Position numbers and translations under genes: made by a program. This document shows positions 30,308 to 40,617 of a stretch of DNA of 64,000 nucleotides, one piece after another; the stretch's first letter is position 1; each line of letters starts with the position of its first letter. The stretch is from Candidatus Poribacteria bacterium. Its GTDB lineage: Bacteria > Poribacteria > WGA-4E > WGA-3G. The stretch is taken from the NCBI GenBank assembly GCA_965197475.1, contig CBDANF010000003.1:3776001-3840000 (forward strand). Reading direction: 5' to 3'. The notes under the pieces are model-generated. The model saw only the letters and a list, made by a program, of their open reading frames with translations, did no database searches and was not told the DNA's origin.

Positions 30308-30896
30308 TTTGTTTTCTCGGGTGTTTTTGAGGGGCTGCGTCCGTATAGTAGATTTTTTTAATGTGCGCGATAATTTCACTGAACGATCTTCCGGTTGTTT
30401 CCACCGTATAATCCGCTTGTGCATAATGAGGTGTACGTTCCACTAACATATTTCGAATTGTTTCCATCGCATCGGGGGTTTGGAGCAGGGGACGGTGTGT
30501 TTGATGACCAACGCGCCGATAGATTTCCTCAGGCGTTGCTGTTAAGCAGAAAACAACACCGTTTTCTTTAAGTTTCGCGACGTTTGCCTCTTTCAAAACG
30601 ACACCACCTCCAGTCGAAATAACATGATTGTGTAGTTCTGAAACTTTGTGAACAGCCTCACTCTCAAGTTGACGAAAAACAACTTCACCGTCTTGCGCAA
30701 AAATATCACTGATGCGTCTCCGATTATCTTTTTCAATAACACTGTCAGTATCAATGAATCGCATCCGCAATTGCGAGGAAAGCCTTTTACCGACAGAGGT
30801 TTTTCCTGTCCCCATATAACCGACAAGAACGATATTAGGGTTTCTTTTAAGCGGTCGATTCACCTGTTTTCGCGCCTTTCTACATACTTTTTGCAA
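30285..30896 (-). CDS. aroK: Shikimate kinase
   Basis: GYMGTGKT P-loop, DTD, GE..FR..E, STGGG, RPLL. Directly upstream of aroB. Confidence 0.93.
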   Translation of the reverse strand: MQKVCRKARKQVNRPLKRNPNIVLVGYMGTGKTSVGKRLSSQLRMRFIDTDSVIEKDNRRRISDIFAQDGEVVFRQLESEAVHKVSELHNHVISTGGGVVLKEANVAKLKENGVVFCLTATPEEIYRRVGHQTHRPLLQTPDAMETIRNMLVERTPHYAQADYTVETTGRSFSEIIAHIKKIYYTDAAPQKHPRKQNDKNLTR

Positions 30897-31052
30897 GTGA
30901 AGGTTATCTATTACGTACGAACATCATACAGTGTTGATTTCAATTATAGCATTTTCCAAAAATAATGTAAAGGTTTTGCTGGTATTTTTTATATGTGATA
31001 TAATGATGTCGGGCACAGATTAAAAATTTGCAAAATCGGAAGGAATTAGCAG

Positions 31053-31649
31053 ATGGCACGACAACTCAGAATGGTCAGAGCGAACCTGAAAGATCTACCG
31101 AAATTAGAACTCCCTGCTGGCTACGCTATCCGAACCTACCGAGAAGGTGACGAGGTGTATTGGGCAAACATCATCAGCAATTCTTTCGGTGGAAGAGAAC
31201 GCACTGCACAAGACACACGGAATGAGATTACGGGCCGAGATGTGTTTGTACCAGATGGACTCTATTTTGTAACATACCAAGATACCCCGGTTAGTACAGC
31301 ATGTGCGTGGCGGCAATCCATTGATGAGACAGATGTTGGATACGTCCACATGGTAGGCGTTTTAGACGTACATACGGGGCATAAACTCGGTAAATGGGTA
31401 TCGCTTGCTGTTCTCTACTATTTTCGCGACAATGACTTTACCTGTTCTATGCTTGACACGGATGATTTTCGTCTGCCCGCGATAAAAACCTATCTTAATT
31501 TAGGGTTTGTACCTGTCTACGTTGATAGCACTCAGTCTAAACGATGGAAAGAAATCTTTAAAAAATTAGAACTCCCGTTAATGACAAAAGAGATCGCCCG
31601 CATCCGAGAAATATTTCCTACCGAATTGTGGACAAAAGTGTCGCGTTAA
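31053..31649 (+). CDS. GNAT family N-acetyltransferase
   Basis: HMVGV...TGHKLGK and TDDFRLPAIKTYLNLGF. Confidence 0.8.
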   Translation: MARQLRMVRANLKDLPKLELPAGYAIRTYREGDEVYWANIISNSFGGRERTAQDTRNEITGRDVFVPDGLYFVTYQDTPVSTACAWRQSIDETDVGYVHMVGVLDVHTGHKLGKWVSLAVLYYFRDNDFTCSMLDTDDFRLPAIKTYLNLGFVPVYVDSTQSKRWKEIFKKLELPLMTKEIARIREIFPTELWTKVSR

Positions 31650-31658
31650 GCGTCTAAA

Positions 31659-33275
31659 ATGAAATTACCGATTACCCTTCGAGATAACTCATACAATTTT
31701 GACCTTTTTGTAATGCCTGCCATTCTTGCTATCGGTTTTGTACTCCGCATTCTCGGCATAGGTGTTGGTTTACCCGATTCACCTGATCCTCGTGAAACCC
31801 TCATTGCACGAGACATCCAAAATCTCATCAGTTTCACAGCAGCACCTGAAATCTATAACTGGCCCGGAACAGCGTGGTTCTACCTGATTGCTCTGGTGGG
31901 CAAAGTTCTTTCGAGCTGCGACGTAGATATGACTGAAGCGCGTGTAATCTGGATAGCACGGTTTTTCAATGTGTCGTTGTCAACAGGGACGATTTGGTTA
32001 ACCTATTGCCTTGGCACAAGGTGTTATAATAAGCGTGTCGGACAGATTGCTGCGGGTTTCTTAGCGGTTGCGATGTTACATGCCACGAACGAATCGCGTT
32101 TCGCACTCGTTGACATTCCTGCCACCTTTTGCGTCACCTTATTCCTCTGGTTAGCTGCGCGAAATACTCATCTCACGTTCCGAACCTGTCTGTGGTTAGG
32201 TATCGTTGCGGGGATCGGTATTGCGGTGAAGTTTCCAACCGTCTTCGTCGTTCTATCCCTTTTGATTTTAATTGGTACAGAAAATTTTTATCGGAAGCTT
32301 GCTACGATAATTGGTATTTGTGCTTTAACTTTTACGCTTGTTTGTCCGTATTGGCTGATCGATCTGGTGTCATCAGATTGGAATCTCTTTTTTGAGGATT
32401 TCTGGTATGAAACGATGCATTACCATCGCGGACACTTTGGACTATTTGCAACTGGGGACACAGGTTGGGCACATCGGTTTCTATACCTGTGGACGCTCTT
32501 GAAGTGGGGAATGGGATTGCCACTTGCCCTTCTGGTGAGTTTGGGTGTAATGTTTACACTTGCCAAATCAGTCCCATTTCTGAGAAAAACTTCCGCTACA
32601 AATCTATTTTCTGATGAAAAGATACAGAAGGGGTTGTTAATATTGGCTTTTGCGATCCCATATCTACTGTTCATTGGAACGTTTAAGGTTTCCTTTACGC
32701 GGCATCTGCTGATTCTCTATCCCGCGCTTACAGTTCTTGCTGCTGTCCTTTTAATTACACTTCACAAGTGGATTGGTATTGTCTTGGGAAATGCAGTCTG
32801 GCTTTATTCATTCGTTTACACCGTTGCATTTGCATCCGTTATGCTATCGCAACCTACTGGGCAGGAAGCGTCTGAATGGATATCAACAAATATACCACAT
32901 GACAGTTCAATTGCACGCGCCCCAGAAATTTTATTTGATTGGCTTATACCTGAATTAGATAGGGATATGGTATATCCAGATGAAGAGGCAGAATGGATTT
33001 TAATCATCCAACCGAACAGGGAAGTCTTTGAAAAATATACGCAGTATCCCAAAAAATATGAAAAGCAGGATTGGTATCCGCTTGAAGATATTGAAGTTAA
33101 AGGGACGCTTGAATTTTACAAAGAGATTTTAGGTGAGGACAGCCGTTGTGAATTACACAAGACATTCAGACGCAGCCCACAGTTCTTAGGTATCAGCATA
33201 TCCGACAATGGAGCTCCCTTTCCGATGCGAGCATTGATTCATCCTGAGATTCGTCTATATCATCGCCGCGAATAA
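31659..33275 (+). CDS. GT-C fold membrane glycosyltransferase (GT39/ArnT-PMT-like)
   Basis: Multi-TM protein with a PDPRE first-loop acidic motif, SRFALVD and GIAVKFP. Confidence 0.8.
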   Translation: MKLPITLRDNSYNFDLFVMPAILAIGFVLRILGIGVGLPDSPDPRETLIARDIQNLISFTAAPEIYNWPGTAWFYLIALVGKVLSSCDVDMTEARVIWIARFFNVSLSTGTIWLTYCLGTRCYNKRVGQIAAGFLAVAMLHATNESRFALVDIPATFCVTLFLWLAARNTHLTFRTCLWLGIVAGIGIAVKFPTVFVVLSLLILIGTENFYRKLATIIGICALTFTLVCPYWLIDLVSSDWNLFFEDFWYETMHYHRGHFGLFATGDTGWAHRFLYLWTLLKWGMGLPLALLVSLGVMFTLAKSVPFLRKTSATNLFSDEKIQKGLLILAFAIPYLLFIGTFKVSFTRHLLILYPALTVLAAVLLITLHKWIGIVLGNAVWLYSFVYTVAFASVMLSQPTGQEASEWISTNIPHDSSIARAPEILFDWLIPELDRDMVYPDEEAEWILIIQPNREVFEKYTQYPKKYEKQDWYPLEDIEVKGTLEFYKEILGEDSRCELHKTFRRSPQFLGISISDNGAPFPMRALIHPEIRLYHRRE

Positions 33276-33347
33276 GGGTTCAGCTTAGATGTGTAAAGTT
33301 TTGTCATTGTAGGCAAATCTAAAATACCAAGATATTTTCTTTTCACG

Positions 33348-33713
33348 TTACGACAATCTACCGTCGACTCTTGCGTCAGCACGAAAGGAAATGTTACGTA
33401 CCGGACTAAAGGTTGCTTCAATAACCGCATAAACCTTTACTTCTTTGTCATACCAATCTACAGTAGCCGGATATTTTCTCTTTGGGTATTCCTCAAAATA
33501 TTCTAACTGTCCAGTATTCAAATTCTACAGATATTGGACCCCAATGTTTTGCCACCGTTTACCTCACCGACTGTGCTATTTGAAGAGTTCAAATAGACAT
33601 TCGCTGTCGTCGTCAATTCCTGATTTGTTTTGCTTGTGTTATTACCGTTAGCAGTGCTGATTTGCGGTGCGAAGAAAAGCACAACCAATAAGAACATGAA
33701 ATCCATTTTTCCA
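33348..33713 (-). pseudogene. Degraded small exported protein gene
   Basis: Signal-like N-terminus (FLLVVLFF). Protein-like text continues in another frame past a stop (..LEYFEEYPKRKYPATVDWYDK..*). Confidence 0.35.
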
Positions 33714-33724
33714 TCTTTTTTCTC

Positions 33725-34501
33725 TTATTCATTTGCCAGGTGGATTAATATTTGTTCAAACGCCTTACGGGAATCCTTATCTGCCTGGGTTTCCCGTTCA
33801 ATTATGATGCCAAGTTCTGCCTCAATTTCATCAAGGATCTGATTCAGAATCGTATCATCAACGCTGCCATCCCTAGGGGTGGTGTCACTGCGTCAATCGC
33901 CTCGCGTATTAAGCGGTGATCGTGCTCTCTATCAGCGTCCGTGTATTCTCTATCGTAAAGTGCACCTGCAGTAGCACTCGGAGCGGGCCCACGCGTTTTT
34001 TCACGGAGTTCGTCGTACCACTGCTTTGCCAATTCACACGCCGCTAAAGGGTAAGCTAGGAACTGACCCGGACGTCCACCTCCTGCAAGGTGTGATGCCA
34101 CAGATTCTGTGTTTTTGGCAATTCTGCGAAGTGCCTTATATCGCTCATATTCTTCATCGGTGAGTTGATGTAACTGCCCGTATGAGTTTCCTTTCCAACG
34201 AATCGTTATGATAGGTTCATTGTTAGGATGGAGTTCCCACTCCCCAGTTTCACTATTTTGGCCGTAGTGATGTCCCGCTGGTGGTATATCCAGTCCATAC
34301 GACACGTAGAATGCGCGCGCGATGGCTAATCTTGTTTTTCTTGGGAAAGCTTATAGTACTCTTCAGGGGGAGTGCCGTTAACTCTTCCCAATTGACAGGC
34401 CAATCTGCACCTTCCGGCCAGTTTATAGAGACCTCTGCCAATTTTTGGGACTGTGTTTCTACGTGTTCCACTAGTGATGGAGGCTTGCCCCCTTCCTGCA
34501 T
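33725..34501 (-). pseudogene. Hypothetical protein broken by two frameshifts
   Basis: ORFs 34253-34501 and 33844-34305 plus the tail RDGSVDDTILNQILDEIEAELG..NE* join by single-base shifts near 34340 and 33875. Confidence 0.5.
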
Positions 34502-34907
34502 AGATGACTGTTGCTTCGGTCTGTCCTCAGTTCAATATTCTGTGGTATTAGTAAGAAAACACCAGCAATTCCGAGTAATAAAACAATCCCACCGAATCCC
34601 CAATACATGTTACGTTTCATGTTTTCCTACTACAGTTAAGTTGTTTTATTCCAAATCATTCAAGTATATAGGAGTTATCCCTACACATAATTTATATGGG
34701 GTTTCTGTAAATAATTCGATAAATTGCGAAACTACAAAAATAAAAGAAGCACCTGCAGTGTATCGTTACCTGCTGGTACTAAGCCGAACAATTAGACACC
34801 CCTCTCATTTACGTCAAATTACGTGTGTATTATACCCTAAGTTCAAAAAGTTGCAACTTTTTTGGAAATTTTTTGCGTTTTGCACTTGTAATATACGGAA
34901 AAGGGTT

Positions 34908-35591
34908 TTATAGGTGAGGTGGGGAAAAACATGCCTTCTGAATTGGAATAATCGCAGCTAAAATTTGCGACAACACCTCAGCTGGAATAGTGTCAGCGTC
35001 AATAATTCTAATCATTTCTTGCGGATAGTGATCTATCAACGGTTCCGTATCCCGTTTGTATAGATCCCATCTATACCGAGCAACTAACTCATCAGCATCA
35101 TCCCGTCGTTGTTCTTTTAGTGCTCGCCCGCGTATTCGCTCAAACATTACTTCCCGATCTTCACAAACCATGAAAAGGATCCTAAGGGTATTAATATAAG
35201 GGGATAATAATTCGGCTTGTGCAATATTCCGGGGGATACCGTCAAGAACAAGTAAATCGGTTTCCGGATTGTAGACTTTTTGTTCCACTTTCGTCCTGAC
35301 GTATCCTTGCCATGTTTTAATTGTAATATCGTCTGGGACGAACTCACCGTGCGTTGCATATTCATGAAAGAGTTGCCCCAATTCAGTATTTTCATCAAGT
35401 TCTCGAAACATATCCCCGCTGGAAAGGTGAAAAATGCCGGGAATGTGTGATAACAGTTTGCCTTGTGTTCCCTTGCCGACACCTGGAGGACCGACCAGGA
35501 CTACAGATCGATAACGCGGTCCTCCCTCCTCAAATAGAGGTTTGTCAGGAAATAAAGGCTTCTTCTCCATTGTCATGCTTGTTTTCCTCAA
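34908..35591 (-). CDS. adk: Adenylate kinase family nucleoside monophosphate kinase (short LID)
   Basis: GPPGVGKGTQ, HLSSGDMFR, VPD, LDGIPR..QA, RRDD. The true start may be a few codons downstream. Confidence 0.85.
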   Translation of the reverse strand: MRKTSMTMEKKPLFPDKPLFEEGGPRYRSVVLVGPPGVGKGTQGKLLSHIPGIFHLSSGDMFRELDENTELGQLFHEYATHGEFVPDDITIKTWQGYVRTKVEQKVYNPETDLLVLDGIPRNIAQAELLSPYINTLRILFMVCEDREVMFERIRGRALKEQRRDDADELVARYRWDLYKRDTEPLIDHYPQEMIRIIDADTIPAEVLSQILAAIIPIQKACFSPPHL

Positions 35592-35668
35592 TCATCCTAA
35601 ATGTTCTGTTGATAAGGGGTTGAATTCATATAAGGTAGGATGGTATTTTAGGTACATCTTCTGAATAG

Positions 35669-36712
35669 CTATATCCCAAGTAAGTGTTCAAGTATATAGA
35701 AATCTAAACCTTCGTAATCTCGCGCTGCGATAAACTCCTGCTCCACTTTTCTATCAAACGTCCGTACCTTTTCAAGTAGGTTAAGAAAAGTTCTGCGACT
35801 ACTTAATAAATGTTTTGTAGAAATGTCACGCGGTTGTGTGCGCATAACTTTGACATCTAATCCTACGAATTCTCCATTCCGCCCGTAGCCGTTTTCTTCA
35901 AGCACTCGCACTTGATTAAAAGCACGCCGTAAATTGGCTGAACCGAATGCTTTATCTTGATCAAATTTGAGACCGTTCTGGTCATTTAGATGCACGCTCC
36001 AAAGTTTCCTGTGAAATAAGGCATACCCCATTTCATCCGATGGTTCTAACCCAGCGAGAATGGCATGTGCTGTTTCAATTAATCCACCAACGCGTTCTGG
36101 GTCTTGGCTCGCATAAGCCAAACCGATAGCGTGTCCAATCGTTGGTATATAAGCAATGTCCATCGGTTCATTTGGTTTCGGTTCAATCAGTATCCGAATC
36201 TCTGGATCGTAGTCAAGTAAAACGTTAATTGCATCTAATATATATCCAACTGCGTTTGCTGAACTCTTTGTTTCACGAATATAGGTGCCTTCACGGGCAA
36301 GCCATAAAACAAAATTTTTACACTCAAGTACATTCGCAATATCAACGCAACGTTTTGAGCGTTCAAGCGCGTACTGTCTTTCTTTTTCCGAATTTGAGGT
36401 GAAAGCACCATCAATCGTCAGTGGTGACTCCCACAACCGGGGTGCAATCACTTCTACGATCAAACCGTGGTTATCAATTTGTGTTTTCACACTTTTTGCG
36501 CGGGATATTAACTGTGCGTGCGTTTTGTTGTCAATATCAGGCACGACATCATCATCATGAAATTGAATTCCGTTAAAGCTAAGGTCACGGTAAAATTCGA
36601 CCTTTTCATCAAAACTGAACGACTCCCGCACAGGAGGCCCAAAAGGATCGGCACCCTCGTGTATATTCCAGGGGCCAAATGAAAAACGATATTCTGTAAG
36701 CGAATTGGACAT
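35669..36712 (-). CDS. xylA: Xylose isomerase family protein
   Basis: FSFGPW..G.DPFG, FHDDD, W..REG, EPKPNEP, E..H, HLNDQ, DQD. Confidence 0.8.
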   Translation of the reverse strand: MSNSLTEYRFSFGPWNIHEGADPFGPPVRESFSFDEKVEFYRDLSFNGIQFHDDDVVPDIDNKTHAQLISRAKSVKTQIDNHGLIVEVIAPRLWESPLTIDGAFTSNSEKERQYALERSKRCVDIANVLECKNFVLWLAREGTYIRETKSSANAVGYILDAINVLLDYDPEIRILIEPKPNEPMDIAYIPTIGHAIGLAYASQDPERVGGLIETAHAILAGLEPSDEMGYALFHRKLWSVHLNDQNGLKFDQDKAFGSANLRRAFNQVRVLEENGYGRNGEFVGLDVKVMRTQPRDISTKHLLSSRRTFLNLLEKVRTFDRKVEQEFIAARDYEGLDFYILEHLLGI

Positions 36713-36841
36713 CTACTTGCTCCGATGATAACTGGTTTGTGGACAGACACCTTTCAATCGTTGTAACTTATTTGTACAATAACGATTTTGTTTATATTTA
36801 AGTTACCTTGTTTCGTAAGAAACTTCTTGACATTCTTAATA

Positions 36842-36870
36842 AGTATAAAGTATTATTTTAAACGTGTCAA
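36842..36870 (-). promoter_or_regulatory. Sigma70-type promoter for the xylose isomerase gene, overlapping a divergent promoter
   Basis: TTGACA-N17-TATACT on the minus strand. TTGACA-N18-TATTAT at 36827-36856 on the plus strand. Confidence 0.6.
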
Positions 36871-36940
36871 GTTTTTTATAGCAAAGCATAAAAATACATA
36901 GATAGTTCTCGGTAGACGCGCTATTCCCTACTCATTAGTT

Positions 36941-39900
36941 ATGATAAGATTTGTGATTAAGCTAGCACATTATCAATTGTCGTTTTGTTTTATTTTGTTT
37001 GGAATATGCCTCTCTGCTCAGTCTATAGAAGCAGTTAAGAATGGAACAGTAGCCACAGCACCCCCTGCAATTTCTTCGCAGACTTTCAGTTTTGAAGATG
37101 TCTACCAATTGCAACTCAATTTAGATATACCTGGTAACGTAAAAATTATTGCTATAGATAGTAATGCGGAAGATAAAGACACAATTAGTGTTACGCTCGA
37201 AAAGCGGGTGCTGGAACACAATCCACTCTTTACAAAGACTTTTCTGGAAAACATATCCCTAACTGGAATAAAAACGGATGGGACACTTCAGTTAAATTCA
37301 CAACTGCCGGAAGACGCGTTCAAGGCGATATTTGAAAACCAAAGTGCACCTGATATAAAAAAACAGCTCCATTTGAACTATGCAATTAAAACACCACCCG
37401 ATGTTTCGGTGCAACTCAAAGTAAAATCCGGAGATATATACCTTCACCGCCTCCGCGGAAAGATAGAAATCACAAATGAGATGGGAAACTTACATTTAGA
37501 TGAAACGTTAGGAAATTACAATGTTGAAGTAATGCAAGGTCGCATTCAAGGCAAAATTTTGTTGACCCCGGGACAAAATCAGATAAAAACACACAATGGT
37601 TCAATAGACCTCACCCTGCTTGATGATCTTGCAGTACCATTGGATTTAACTGCCATTGGTGGTGGAATCGGGCTACTCCTTCCCAATAATTATCCGGCTG
37701 ATGTTGAATTAAAGAGTGAGAAACAACTTTATATTATTAACCTCCCATCAGAAATTGAAAATAACACAGGTACCATCAACGGGGGAGGACCACTGCTCCG
37801 GTTAACAGCAACGGATGCAATTTCAGTTCTACCGAATCCGAGACTCCGCAGCGCACCTGAAGATTCTGAATCGACTGCGCCAGATGAGTTGACCTCAACT
37901 GAATTGGTAGAACCTATCCCCTTAACTGGACAACCTCCCACTATTGATGGAAATTTATCAGAAAAAGCGTGGTTAAATGCTACAGCACTCTCTCCTTTTC
38001 AGAATTCAACGGGTGCTGAAACTGCTGAAAATGCGACCGATGTGTATCTAATGTGGGATGCACAACATCTTTATATTGGTGCAAGAGTACACTTCTCAAG
38101 TTTTGAAGTGCCCCGTGTTTCGCAAACACAACATGATTCACCTATCTGGGAAGATGAGTCTGTTGAAATTCTGCTTGATATGAATCCAGAAACTGAAGGC
38201 TATTCTCACCTAATCGTAAATCCGATAGGTGCGTTTTTTGACCAATGGGTTAAAAAAGAAGGATTCCCGAATTATAGATTCGCTCCGAATGATGTTCCCC
38301 GTGAGCCAATAGATGATTCAGTAGAAATGTTCAAAGGCGATAGTTCTTGGAATTCGGAAGCCAAAGTTGCCACCCAAATTAACACAACTTTCTGGAGTTT
38401 TGAGGTCGCTTTTCCACGTAGCTCTGCGGAAAAAAAAGATATAGACACATGGCTGCTTAATGTGCACCGTAAAGCACAAGGTAAACTTGGAAATAACGAA
38501 GATTTTGAACCGACCCTACATCGTGAGTACAGTTATTGGTTGCCGATTTATGATGAAGAGTATACTTGGTGGCCGCATTGGAAAGAGGGAATGGGGACGT
38601 TAAAATTAGTCAAGACGCAGCCATCTGCATCAAAAACTTTTGAAGTCTCGGAAAGTTTAGAAGTTACAGCAATAGAGATTGAAGGGAACACAACAATTCC
38701 AACTGAGGTTGTACTTGAGCACATCCCAATTGCGTCGGGTGATACCATTACAAACGAACAATTGGCATGGTTAATTGCCGAATTAGAGAACTCTGATTGG
38801 TTTTTGGAGGTGCAATTAAAAACAGTCGTACTGAATACTGACGAAGCTGCATCCCCATCGGTTAATCTGTCCGGCACCTCTCTGGCAGATGCAGAATCTA
38901 AAGGCACCAATAGTAGTGAAATTGTAAATCTTCCGAACACCGAACCATTGAAAGTCATTGTGCAAATCAGTGTAACTGAGGTACCTGTGAAGTTCGCAAG
39001 CCAAATAAAAATCCGCGGAAATAGGAGTTTTCCTGTACAATTTATCAAGGATTGGTTTGACCTATCAGTAGGATATCTTGCTGATGATAATGTAAACTTG
39101 AAACAGCAGATGATAACCGATTTTTATGTGAACCGTGGTTACCCATTTGCTAAGGTTACGCATGAATTCGTCAACGATACGCTGCAGTATAACGTTAACG
39201 AAGGTCACTTGGATGAGATTCGTTTTACTGGAAATCGCCGCATTTCACGAACTGAACTCGTATCAGCACTTGATATAAATACTGAAAGTGTATATTACCA
39301 CACTCTGGGACAAACGAAAATCAATCAATTGCGCGAAAAACTCAGTAAAACCAGCGAAGATTTCAAATCAATTCGGGATTGGCATGTGCAACGCGAAGGT
39401 GGAAGAAACATTTTGATTGTTGATATTGAAGAGCAACCTTTCATTAAACCCGGATGGTATCCTGTTCTTGGTTTCAACCGTGTTCATGGATTGGTCCTCG
39501 GTACAGGTGGAACACTTTCAACTCACTTTACCGGAGAGGAACAACTTTTCGGTTCAATCAGTCGTGGTTTTTCCAGTAAAATTTGGAATTATAACTTTGG
39601 GATTGAAAAAAGTTTTTTTAAGCGTTACCCTTTGGCAATGGGTATTGGTCTATTCAAACTTACAGACATCAGTTCTAATAACTATCGTCTACTGCCTATT
39701 GAAGTTGATCTCAATGCTGCAGTCTACGGCACCACCCTCCAAGATTATTATCAACGTCAGGGGGAACACATTTGGGTTGCCCAAAGGTATGGAAAATCCG
39801 TGCTAATGCGACTTGAATTCACGCAGGAGGACCATAATAATCTTTCTAAATCAACTGACTGGAGTTATTTTGACCGCAAACGCGTTAAACGTGGCAATTC

Positions 39901-40585
39901 TCGAATTGATAGCGGGCTTTTGAAAATGCTTTCCCTCAGTTATACGTTTGATACTCGAGATCACAAATCTACGATTGAAGGTCCTCAATATGTTGGAAGT
40001 CACTTGGTGCTTTGGCCAAATGAACGAACACGGCGTGGATGGCGCGGACATTTTGGGATTGAAATGGCAGGTGGAAATCTTGGCGGTGATTATATATTTA
40101 ACTTTCTCAAATTTGAAATGGTTCGTTATACGCCTTTGTTCGGACCTCATCATTTGAATATCCGATTTTCAGGAGATTTTTCGAACGCAGCCTTACCAAG
40201 GCAACGTCTTCTTTATCTCGGTGGCGCAACCACTTTGCGTGGATACGATTTCAACGTATTTGCAGGAGATAGGCGAATTCTTCTCAATATTGAGTATCGA
40301 CTTTTTCAAGAAACTCGTATTAACACTGACGTAGATGCTGTGTTTGGATGGGCACTCAGCTCCTTTCTGGATACTGGACGTGTGTGGTGGTTTGATGAAA
40401 ACCTGTTTTCTGAATTTTCTCTAAGCCAATTTAAGACTTCAATTGGTGTTGGCGTGTCGTTTTTTATCAGTCCACCTAGTAGTCTACAACCCTTGAGCAC
40501 TGCGATTGAAATTGCCGTTCCACTTAACGTTGTGTACTCGTTACGTACACCAAGGATAATTTGGCGTTTGGAACGGATGTTTTAG
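36941..40585 (+). CDS. Omp85/BamA-TamA family outer-membrane protein with DUF4097-like and CBM9-like N-terminal domains and POTRA repeats
   Basis: Signal peptide, beta-repeat ending GTINGGGPLLRL, PPTIDGNLSEKAW, POTRA motifs (IEIEGNT, IKIRGNR, IRFTGNR), barrel motif GGATTLRGY, C-terminal F. Confidence 0.82.
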   Translation: MIRFVIKLAHYQLSFCFILFGICLSAQSIEAVKNGTVATAPPAISSQTFSFEDVYQLQLNLDIPGNVKIIAIDSNAEDKDTISVTLEKRVLEHNPLFTKTFLENISLTGIKTDGTLQLNSQLPEDAFKAIFENQSAPDIKKQLHLNYAIKTPPDVSVQLKVKSGDIYLHRLRGKIEITNEMGNLHLDETLGNYNVEVMQGRIQGKILLTPGQNQIKTHNGSIDLTLLDDLAVPLDLTAIGGGIGLLLPNNYPADVELKSEKQLYIINLPSEIENNTGTINGGGPLLRLTATDAISVLPNPRLRSAPEDSESTAPDELTSTELVEPIPLTGQPPTIDGNLSEKAWLNATALSPFQNSTGAETAENATDVYLMWDAQHLYIGARVHFSSFEVPRVSQTQHDSPIWEDESVEILLDMNPETEGYSHLIVNPIGAFFDQWVKKEGFPNYRFAPNDVPREPIDDSVEMFKGDSSWNSEAKVATQINTTFWSFEVAFPRSSAEKKDIDTWLLNVHRKAQGKLGNNEDFEPTLHREYSYWLPIYDEEYTWWPHWKEGMGTLKLVKTQPSASKTFEVSESLEVTAIEIEGNTTIPTEVVLEHIPIASGDTITNEQLAWLIAELENSDWFLEVQLKTVVLNTDEAASPSVNLSGTSLADAESKGTNSSEIVNLPNTEPLKVIVQISVTEVPVKFASQIKIRGNRSFPVQFIKDWFDLSVGYLADDNVNLKQQMITDFYVNRGYPFAKVTHEFVNDTLQYNVNEGHLDEIRFTGNRRISRTELVSALDINTESVYYHTLGQTKINQLREKLSKTSEDFKSIRDWHVQREGGRNILIVDIEEQPFIKPGWYPVLGFNRVHGLVLGTGGTLSTHFTGEEQLFGSISRGFSSKIWNYNFGIEKSFFKRYPLAMGIGLFKLTDISSNNYRLLPIEVDLNAAVYGTTLQDYYQRQGEHIWVAQRYGKSVLMRLEFTQEDHNNLSKSTDWSYFDRKRVKRGNSRIDSGLLKMLSLSYTFDTRDHKSTIEGPQYVGSHLVLWPNERTRRGWRGHFGIEMAGGNLGGDYIFNFLKFEMVRYTPLFGPHHLNIRFSGDFSNAALPRQRLLYLGGATTLRGYDFNVFAGDRRILLNIEYRLFQETRINTDVDAVFGWALSSFLDTGRVWWFDENLFSEFSLSQFKTSIGVGVSFFISPPSSLQPLSTAIEIAVPLNVVYSLRTPRIIWRLERMF

Positions 40586-40617
40586 ATGTGTAAACAATAG
40601 TATAAAAATAGGTAAAA

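Noticed and set aside
30308-30424. N-terminal extension of AroB in the ORF track
   Set aside because: It overlaps the aroK coding region. AroB-like sequence starts at ATG 30307.
33287-33306. gtgtaaagtttt (also at ~54755) as an IS256-like end
   Set aside because: Only a ~12-bp match, with no partner inverted repeat or matching transposase found.
34281-34913. 210-aa plus-strand ORF
   Set aside because: It is antisense to the broken minus-strand gene and runs through AT-rich leader DNA. Its composition is not protein-like.
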